Virus record (IMG/VR): IMGVR_UViG_3300028654_000009
Direction: 5' to 3' (one strand)
DNA from: a virus
DNA length: 64,000 bases
In this document: positions 53,913-59,832 of the stretch, piece by piece
Numbering within the stretch: position 1 is the stretch's first letter
Layout: each line of letters starts with the position of its first letter
Program-made: the position numbers and the translations under genes
Notes under the pieces: model-generated
The model's database searches: none
Seen by the model: the letters and a program-made list of their open reading frames with translations, nothing else
What the model was told of the DNA's origin: nothing

Positions 53913-54178
53913 CTGTCCCAGCCGTTACGATAGCCGTTTCCGTAGCCCGTCCGGTAGCCTTCGTCATGGGCCTCTTGCTCTTCGGCCGTGAACTCCTCGA
54001 AGGTATCCTCCATGCCCTGGATGTGCCCATACACATAGCCGAGGAGGCCGACGCCCAAGAAGACAACCGCACCGATGAGGGCCACGAGGACCCACACGTG
54101 GCTTACCACGAGGGGGAGCAGCAAGAACCCGAAGAGACCACCAAACAGGACGGCCAGGAAGTTATCATTTATCTTCAC
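53864..54178 (-). CDS. TM protein with repeated GxxxG motif
   Basis: Two TM plus AHDEGYRTGYGNGYRNG; GTGA overlap. Confidence 0.7.
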   Translation of the reverse strand: MKINDNFLAVLFGGLFGFLLLPLVVSHVWVLVALIGAVVFLGVGLLGYVYGHIQGMEDTFEEFTAEEQEAHDEGYRTGYGNGYRNGWDSCELNYEDDDKTPVLQ

Positions 54179-54519
54179 TTCGCGTCCGCCTTGTCTCGCC
54201 CAGCCAGGGCGTTCTCGACCTGCTGGATACGCTGGTGGAAGTCGCCCACCGAGGTCAGCCGAGCGGCCACCCGCTTGGACTCGACGTGAGCCAGGAACCG
54301 GCGCCCCTTGGGGTTGAAGTCGTGCTCCTGCAGAGCATACAGGACGGTCTTGCCGCACCGATTGTGCTGGCTCCGGAAGACCGTCCGGTTGAGAGCCTCA
54401 CGCTGGCTCGCCAGCTCTCGGTGGGCCTGGTCAAGCGTCTCATAGAACGCTTGACGCTGGGCCTTGGTGGGGACGCCCCCTTTGGTTACCACGGTATCGT
54501 AAAGCTGATTGAATGTCAT
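54175..54519 (-). CDS. hypothetical helical protein
   Basis: AAGGAG SD. Confidence 0.75.
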   Translation of the reverse strand: MTFNQLYDTVVTKGGVPTKAQRQAFYETLDQAHRELASQREALNRTVFRSQHNRCGKTVLYALQEHDFNPKGRRFLAHVESKRVAARLTSVGDFHQRIQQVENALAGRDKADAK

Positions 54520-54529
54520 GGGTCTCCTT

Positions 54530-54916
54530 TCAGTCGATTTTGATGGAGGTAACGGTGAAGTCGTATTCTTCGGCCAGCTGGCGCAGCTTGCACACCTCAG
54601 TCGCGGTCATGAGCAGAGTGCCGCCGTCCATGTGGTGCAGGAAGCGCTTGATCGCTTCGGGCTGAAACGATGGGACAATCATGCTGACAGCCTTCACAAG
54701 CTCGAAGACCACGCGATCCTCGACCGGGGTGTCATAAACCGCAACGCGGTAAGTATCCTCGTCGAAGCGCTCTTCGTCGGACTTCTCTTCGGGCTGCGGA
54801 TTGGTCAGCTGGTCCTCGTCAAGAAGCTGAAGGACCAGTGAAGCCACCTTGGCCTGGTCACTCTCGGAAAGGAAACCGAAATTGGCCTGGACGATGTCGA
54901 GCTGCTTGCGAGACAT
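54530..54916 (-). CDS. ClpS/L7-L12-CTD-fold candidate, paralog of next gene
   Basis: YRVAVYDT...ELVKAVSMIVPSFQPEAIKRFL; shared N-terminal domain. Confidence 0.6.
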   Translation of the reverse strand: MSRKQLDIVQANFGFLSESDQAKVASLVLQLLDEDQLTNPQPEEKSDEERFDEDTYRVAVYDTPVEDRVVFELVKAVSMIVPSFQPEAIKRFLHHMDGGTLLMTATEVCKLRQLAEEYDFTVTSIKID

Positions 54917-55290
54917 TACACCACCTCCTTAATGTTCGAGTAATTGCTGAGGAAATGCCTGAAGGCCAGCTCCTGGTCAGCATAAATGACGAAGGGGATT
55001 CCGTCAATCGCATCCTTAGCTCCCTTCAGCGAGAAGCCCAGAGCGGCACGGAAGGCCTTGATGGCGGGCAGAATGCCGTTCCCGGTGGGGTTGGTCCTGG
55101 TATCGTAGCGGTTCTCGAAAGAGAGGCGAACGGTGCGAGACGTGGACGTGGGCACGCCGGACTCACAACCGGCCGTGGCCGGCGGGCACAGCTCGCGAAG
55201 AGCTGCCTGGAACAGCGCCTCCTGGCCGGCCTCGGAGAGGGTGTTGAAGGCGGCAACGATGAGGTCGAGCTTTTGGGAAGAAGTGGCCAT
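54916..55290 (-). CDS. ribosomal protein L7/L12 C-terminal-domain-like protein
   Basis: ILPAIKAFRAALGFSLKGAKDAIDGIP resembles bL12 KIxVIKxVRxxTGLGLKEAKDLVExxP. Confidence 0.7.
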   Translation of the reverse strand: MATSSQKLDLIVAAFNTLSEAGQEALFQAALRELCPPATAGCESGVPTSTSRTVRLSFENRYDTRTNPTGNGILPAIKAFRAALGFSLKGAKDAIDGIPFVIYADQELAFRHFLSNYSNIKEVV

Positions 55291-55326
55291 TTGAAGTCTC
55301 CGTGGAAGGGGTTTGTGTCGAGATTC

Positions 55327-55354
55327 AAGATATCAGAGTCTGCGTGACTGTCAA
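55327..55354 (-). promoter_or_regulatory. sigma70-like early promoter
   Basis: TTGACA-N16-TATCTT with TGn extension. Confidence 0.75.
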
Positions 55355-55614
55355 ACTTTATTTTTAGGATTCAGCTTGTCTGCGATGTGCTGAGCTTCGG
55401 CGAACTTCTGGAACCAAACGGAGTAGGCCTCGAACGCCACCCTCCAGTTCGCCAGGGCGTTGTCGCGGGCAGCCTTGGCACGGTCCAATGCCTTGCTCCG
55501 AATCAGTCTTCGGTCCAGGACCGTGAAGTGCTTCATCGCGACCTCGGCCTCCTGGGCGGCCCGATTCAGATTCTCTTCGACGGTCTGCTGCTCGGTCTTT
55601 TGGGTGTAAGACAT
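55351..55614 (-). CDS. small helical-hairpin protein
   Basis: GGAGG SD. Confidence 0.75.
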   Translation of the reverse strand: MSYTQKTEQQTVEENLNRAAQEAEVAMKHFTVLDRRLIRSKALDRAKAARDNALANWRVAFEAYSVWFQKFAEAQHIADKLNPKNKV

Positions 55615-55631
55615 AACGACCTCCAGGAACA

Positions 55632-55659
55632 ATGATACTCGATTCCGGGCACTCGTCAA
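55632..55659 (-). promoter_or_regulatory. sigma70-like early promoter
   Basis: TTGACG-N16-TATCAT. Confidence 0.75.
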
Positions 55660-55663
55660 CACT

Positions 55664-55669
55664 AATCTT
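55664..55669 (+). promoter_or_regulatory. putative late promoter AATCTT
   Basis: AATCTT-cgggc-ATG(55675). Confidence 0.75.
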
Positions 55670-55674
55670 CGGGC

Positions 55675-56064
55675 ATGGCTAACACGGTTCAGTTTGAGGT
55701 ATCCATCAAAGGGGAAAACACCGGCAAGACTTACTCGGGAGTCTTCGAGGTGAAGACAAATCTCAGTCTTCGTGACTCACTGCGTGAAGACCAGGTGCGT
55801 CGAAACACCCTGGGGACCAATCCCGGGGAAGCCTCCGACTACGCGACATCGATCGCGGGCGCCCTGGCCTATCTGGCCGTGCGTATCGTCAATGCTCCTG
55901 ACTTCTGGGCCAAGTCCAACGGTGGCGTTGATCTGGAAGACGAAAATGTCCTAGTCGAAGTGAATAACGCCTGCGTAAAGGCCATCCAGGATGAGCGGGA
56001 TAAGGTCAAGGCCTTGGCCACAGACGCCCAGAAAGCGCTCGCCACTAAGGCCGCAGGGGCCTAA
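55675..56064 (+). CDS. probable tail assembly chaperone
   Basis: GETxxxYxGxF...LAVRIVNAPDFW...DLED; upstream of tape measure. Confidence 0.6.
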   Translation: MANTVQFEVSIKGENTGKTYSGVFEVKTNLSLRDSLREDQVRRNTLGTNPGEASDYATSIAGALAYLAVRIVNAPDFWAKSNGGVDLEDENVLVEVNNACVKAIQDERDKVKALATDAQKALATKAAGA

Positions 56065-56567
56065 TGGACGACTTGTTCCGGCAGTGCCAGACATTGGCGC
56101 TGGCGGACGTCCTTGCCGAAAAGCCTTCGGCCGAGTATTCGCTCCGGCGAATCTTCCGAGCGTATTCCGAAAAGTTCCACACACCCCTCCACCTGGTGGA
56201 CGACATTCCCTTGGTGGACGTTTTGACGCACTACTACGAGACCTGCTTTGAGTCAATGCTGGACGGCGACGATGCAGCCCAAAACGAGCTTGACGAGCTG
56301 ACCAAGACCCTCTCTATGTCCGAGCAAGAGGCCGAGAAGGCCCGCGCCGAGAAGGCCAAGCAGCAATACCGAGACTACCTGTTCGAGCAAGAGCTTAAGC
56401 GAGAGGCGGCGTCCCAGGAAAAGCCCAAGGCCCAGGAAGTCCTCAAGAAGACAGAGGAACTCATCAACGCTTTGCAGAACGAAGAAATCAAGATGCAGTT
56501 CGTCAGCGAAGAAGAGATGGATGCACTATCCAATCAGGACGGCGTGGGCTCTCTGCTGGACCTGTAA
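56064..56567 (+). CDS. probable second tail assembly chaperone
   Basis: RAYSEKFHTPL; acidic; TAATG coupling. Confidence 0.55.
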   Translation: MDDLFRQCQTLALADVLAEKPSAEYSLRRIFRAYSEKFHTPLHLVDDIPLVDVLTHYYETCFESMLDGDDAAQNELDELTKTLSMSEQEAEKARAEKAKQQYRDYLFEQELKREAASQEKPKAQEVLKKTEELINALQNEEIKMQFVSEEEMDALSNQDGVGSLLDL

Positions 56568-57898
56568 TCCTCCCAAAGCTGCGCCCGGGCGAAAGCCTGA
56601 CACCGGCCCATAAACTGGGCTGGCGTATCGTCTGGGTTGTCTAGGGCTAGCTTACGGGCCGCAGTATCGTCCAGGGTGATTCTAATGCCGAGGCGAACCT
56701 TGGCTTCGAAGTCGATGGCCCCTATCTCTACGATTGAGTCGATCCGCCCAGGCCTGGTGGCCGTGCCGTCCTCTCGGACCTGTCCCAATGCGGGGTCGAT
56801 GTGTTTTAGGTGGTTGGTGGTTATGAGCAATATCCTGCCATGAGAAGGGGCCAAGCCGTCAATCGCGTTGAGAATGGTATCGAAGGTCAGCTCGGAACCG
56901 GGTACCTGGTTTTCGCGACCATGAAAAACTGCGTCGAAGTCTTCCAACAGTATGATGTGCGGGGAGGGGAAAGAATCGGCGTACTCAATAACACTTCTGA
57001 AACCCTGGTTATCGATAGCCGCAAGATCGACGGTGAGTACAGTTAGGCCAAAGCGCTGGGATACAGCCCGGACCAGAGAGGTTTTGCCCGTACCCGGAGG
57101 ACCGTAAAGCAGGGCGCCATAGTTCCAGGGTACCCCTCGCTTTTTGTGCCATTCTTCGTGGTCTATGAAGAACTCCAATTCGCGCTCGATTCGCACCATG
57201 CCTGGCGACAGCTCAATGTTTGAGAAAGGGTCGGAGGTGGGATCAATGTCAACTTCCTCCTCGGAGGCCCCCATCCAAACCTGTCCGTTGTTGATATTCA
57301 ATCGCTTGAACTTGGCCGGACCCATAGCTCGGGTCAGCAATTTGTTGTTAGGGATGATGCTCCCGTGCTTGTCAACATTGCATCTTACAAACATGACGTT
57401 TTTGCTTGTGCCGGCGGCGCTGTCCGCCTTTTCAATAAGCTCCTTCGTCTCTAGGCCGATCCTGCGTACCAGTTTCCCCCAGTCAAAGGTAAACCGGAAG
57501 AAGATGAATGAGCCCACTATGGTATCGGGGACGTCGCCTCTCCCGCTTTCCCCAGGCTTCTTGAAGAACAGTGGCCTGCCCTCGAACAAAAAGAACATGT
57601 CTCCGGAGGTCAGCTCATGCGCGGTAACGTCGGTAAGCTGTTGCGATATCATCACCCTCATGGGGCTAACGCTTTTGGTTCCAAACGGAATGCGCACCCT
57701 GGAATTCCTATAGAAATATGAAAGCAACTCCTGGTTTGTGCCTTCTGAGCCGTACTTGATTTCCTCGAACAATAGGGTTTTCAGCACCCCAAGCGCAAAC
57801 GCCCCTATGTCCCGCAGGCTTGAGGCAACAACAGAGCCTATGAAGCCTGCGGCGCCGAGTTCGAACAGAAGCTTGTGAGCGAAAATGAAGGCTAGCAC
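56534..57898 (-). CDS. BCS1-like AAA+ ATPase
   Basis: RGVPWNYGALLYGPPGTGKTS, LLEDFD, ILNAIDG, TTNH...DPAL...RPGRID; N-terminal TM. Confidence 0.85.
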   Translation of the reverse strand: MLAFIFAHKLLFELGAAGFIGSVVASSLRDIGAFALGVLKTLLFEEIKYGSEGTNQELLSYFYRNSRVRIPFGTKSVSPMRVMISQQLTDVTAHELTSGDMFFLFEGRPLFFKKPGESGRGDVPDTIVGSFIFFRFTFDWGKLVRRIGLETKELIEKADSAAGTSKNVMFVRCNVDKHGSIIPNNKLLTRAMGPAKFKRLNINNGQVWMGASEEEVDIDPTSDPFSNIELSPGMVRIERELEFFIDHEEWHKKRGVPWNYGALLYGPPGTGKTSLVRAVSQRFGLTVLTVDLAAIDNQGFRSVIEYADSFPSPHIILLEDFDAVFHGRENQVPGSELTFDTILNAIDGLAPSHGRILLITTNHLKHIDPALGQVREDGTATRPGRIDSIVEIGAIDFEAKVRLGIRITLDDTAARKLALDNPDDTPAQFMGRCQAFARAQLWEDYRSSREPTPS

Positions 57899-58113
57899 GG
57901 TTCCTCCCAAAACTCGATGTATTGGAATCCGTTCCGGAATCCCAGGGAGCGAAAGCGTTCCTTGGTGGGGAAGGACTCGGGTATTGCGGGCTCATACTCC
58001 GGCCACGCTTTACAGCGTCCACCGTCGCAGCCGTTGGCGTCGCAGTCACGACAGTAGCCGTTGAGAAGCAGGTCCTCGTCGAAGCAGCTGGGGCAAGCGC
58101 AATGGATTTCCAT
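57892..58113 (-). CDS. small Cys-rich protein
   Basis: CPSC...YCRDCDANGC. Confidence 0.65.
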   Translation of the reverse strand: MEIHCACPSCFDEDLLLNGYCRDCDANGCDGGRCKAWPEYEPAIPESFPTKERFRSLGFRNGFQYIEFWEEPC

Positions 58114-58121
58114 GTGGTTCC

Positions 58122-58667
58122 TTAGTTGGGGAGACAAGGGGCCGTATGGGTGGCGTCGCAGACATGGAGCCCTACCGGCTCAAGGCCGAACATGGCATCT
58201 ACACCCTTCTGTAGCGTCGATCCGGTCGGGTCGCTACAGGTGGTCGGGTCAGAGCCGTAAAACTCGACCGGATGGTCGTGGACACCCAGGACCTCTTCGT
58301 TGTGGATTAGCTCGTGGGCGAGGGCCGACGGCCACAGAGCCCAGGAAGAATCGGGTGCCATTACGATGGTGAGGTCGCCCTCGGTCAACCCAGTGACGCA
58401 TTCCCCCGTCTGGGGATTGGTGAATCCTTGCCAGGGGAGACCCTGAAGGCGTCCGCCGTGATTGCAGGTGCCCGTACAGGTAACCGCCTTGGGGCCATAC
58501 CAGTGGACCTCGGGCTTGGCGTTTGGCTTCCCATAAGCGGTGAGCGCTGCCTGCAGGTTCTCGGCCGCCATCACTGGGGCGGGTACCTCGAACTCAGGAT
58601 TCACGACCAGCTGGGAACACCCCTGAAGGAGGAAAGCTGCCAGGGCGACAGTCATCAAGTTCTTCAT
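58122..58667 (-). CDS. lipoprotein with HExxH zinc-peptidase motif
   Basis: Lipobox LQGC; ALAHELIHNEEVLGVHDH. Confidence 0.8.
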   Translation of the reverse strand: MKNLMTVALAAFLLQGCSQLVVNPEFEVPAPVMAAENLQAALTAYGKPNAKPEVHWYGPKAVTCTGTCNHGGRLQGLPWQGFTNPQTGECVTGLTEGDLTIVMAPDSSWALWPSALAHELIHNEEVLGVHDHPVEFYGSDPTTCSDPTGSTLQKGVDAMFGLEPVGLHVCDATHTAPCLPN

Positions 58668-58673
58668 GATTTA

Positions 58674-58701
58674 ATGATACTCGTCTTGGCAGCTTTGTCA
58701 A
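58674..58701 (-). promoter_or_regulatory. sigma70-like early promoter
   Basis: TTGACA-N16-TATCAT; 6 nt to ATG 58667. Confidence 0.8.
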
Positions 58702-58704
58702 AGT

Positions 58705-58893
58705 CTATTTGTTCTTTGGGACGTAATTCTTCCAAAAAGAATCAGGGGGCGGACTGGTTCCTAGCTCTTTCCAGGTCCCGTCCGCCTCCAAGATAAAGCC
58801 CCGCGTCTCGTCGCCCTGGAACACCCATTTTAGGTCTCCAGGGCCGCAAGGCCGGCCGGAACAGACTACAAACAGTGTCCTGAAATAGCTCAA
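58705..58893 (-). CDS. small hypothetical protein
   Basis: TTGA overlap; GGAG SD. Confidence 0.55.
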   Translation of the reverse strand: MSYFRTLFVVCSGRPCGPGDLKWVFQGDETRGFILEADGTWKELGTSPPPDSFWKNYVPKNK

Positions 58894-59240
58894 CGGTCTC
58901 CGCCGCCTTTGATACGAAATGGAGAGTTTGCGGAGCGACGGGCGGCCCACTCCGGGAATCGCAGGGCTTGCAGCTTGAGGATGCCCAGGTCCGCCTTGCC
59001 GTGGTAGGTTTCCGACCCGATCGAAATGTCCTCCAGCTTGCCGCCGATGCGGGTGCGCTTGACGATTCGGAAAGCCTTGATTCCGACACGAATCATGTAG
59101 CCTTCCTTGTCCTGACCACGAACGCCGTAATAGCTGAAACGATTGCCCCCGGCCACCCGGAACAGCCCGGCGTCACGCAGGGTGGCCTCGACGGCGGTGC
59201 GCTTGTCGTTCTGGTTGCTGCGGGAAGTGATGGAAGTCAT
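58890..59240 (-). CDS. basic hypothetical protein (MTSI start)
   Basis: AAGGAG SD in repeated leader. Confidence 0.8.
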   Translation of the reverse strand: MTSITSRSNQNDKRTAVEATLRDAGLFRVAGGNRFSYYGVRGQDKEGYMIRVGIKAFRIVKRTRIGGKLEDISIGSETYHGKADLGILKLQALRFPEWAARRSANSPFRIKGGGDR

Positions 59241-59308
59241 TGGCGGCTCCTTGAGAGGGTTTTCGTTCGGGACAAGAATTACTCTACCAGAGTTTTGAGA
59301 GTCGTCAA
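59241..59308 (-). promoter_or_regulatory. early promoter plus repeated leader
   Basis: TTGACG-N16-TAGAGT; 59269-59310 matches 49628-49669 at 41/42 nt. Confidence 0.8.
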
Positions 59309-59311
59309 GAG

Positions 59312-59638
59312 CTATTTCTTCGCTGCCCGCTTGCCGGCGTCCAGAAGGTACTTGCCGGTCGCCGCGATCATCTTCTCGCGCTCGGTGAAGTATTGCGTCT
59401 TTTGAGACGCGCCGTAGTCCTCCCCGTTGCGGGTGGAATGGGTCACCAGGGTGAAGTAGTGGCCCGGAGCGAGCCTATACCCCCAGCTTTCATTCTCATC
59501 GGTCAGCTCTTCGGAAACCATGTCGCAGGTCCCCTGGGTAATGCGCACCCCGATCTGGCGCCCCTTGGCATCCAAGAACCCGAGGTCGAAGTAAGCCGTT
59601 GCCTTGTCGTCATTCTTCTTTACAACGATGGAAGTCAT
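59312..59638 (-). CDS. hypothetical protein (MTSI start)
   Basis: LDAKGRQIG...STRNGEDYGASQ; AAGGAG SD. Confidence 0.8.
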   Translation of the reverse strand: MTSIVVKKNDDKATAYFDLGFLDAKGRQIGVRITQGTCDMVSEELTDENESWGYRLAPGHYFTLVTHSTRNGEDYGASQKTQYFTEREKMIAATGKYLLDAGKRAAKK

Positions 59639-59667
59639 TGGCGGCTCCTTGAGAAGGTTTGAACAAA

Positions 59668-59781
59668 TGAGCGGGGCGGAGACCGGGGTGTCAATCGTAG
59701 GGCTGCAGTCCCTACAAGGTCCTCCGGGCGTTTAAGTCTCGGCTAACCGTTAGGCGCTTATCTTCATTTCCGCCCCGCTCA
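59668..59781 (-). ncRNA. candidate ~115-nt structured RNA or leader
   Basis: Perfect 13-bp end-to-end stem starting at the predicted TSS; internal GTAGGG/CCCTAC hairpin; followed by TTTGTT. Confidence 0.55.
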
Positions 59782-59788
59782 CAGAATT

Positions 59789-59816
59789 ACTCTACCAGAC
59801 TATCAAAAGGTGTCAA
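59789..59816 (-). promoter_or_regulatory. sigma70-like early promoter
   Basis: TTGACA-N16-TAGAGT with TGn extension. Confidence 0.8.
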
Positions 59817-59821
59817 GGCCG

Positions 59822-59827
59822 AATCTT
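59822..59827 (+). promoter_or_regulatory. putative late promoter AATCTT
   Basis: AATCTT-acttt-GTG(59833). Confidence 0.75.
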
Positions 59828-59832
59828 ACTTT

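Noticed and set aside
55990-56070. Programmed frameshift between tail chaperones
   Set aside because: No clear XXXYYYZ slippery site; the genes are TAATG-coupled
59681-59750. tRNA-Cys on plus strand (TAGGG-CTGCAGT-CCCTA plus a T-arm-like GTTTAAGTC)
   Set aside because: No acceptor stem or D-arm, non-canonical T-loop, and the promoter faces the other strand; kept only as a structured RNA candidate
48401-59818. CRISPR array
   Set aside because: The repeats are dispersed promoter/leader copies separated by whole genes, not regularly spaced repeat-spacer units
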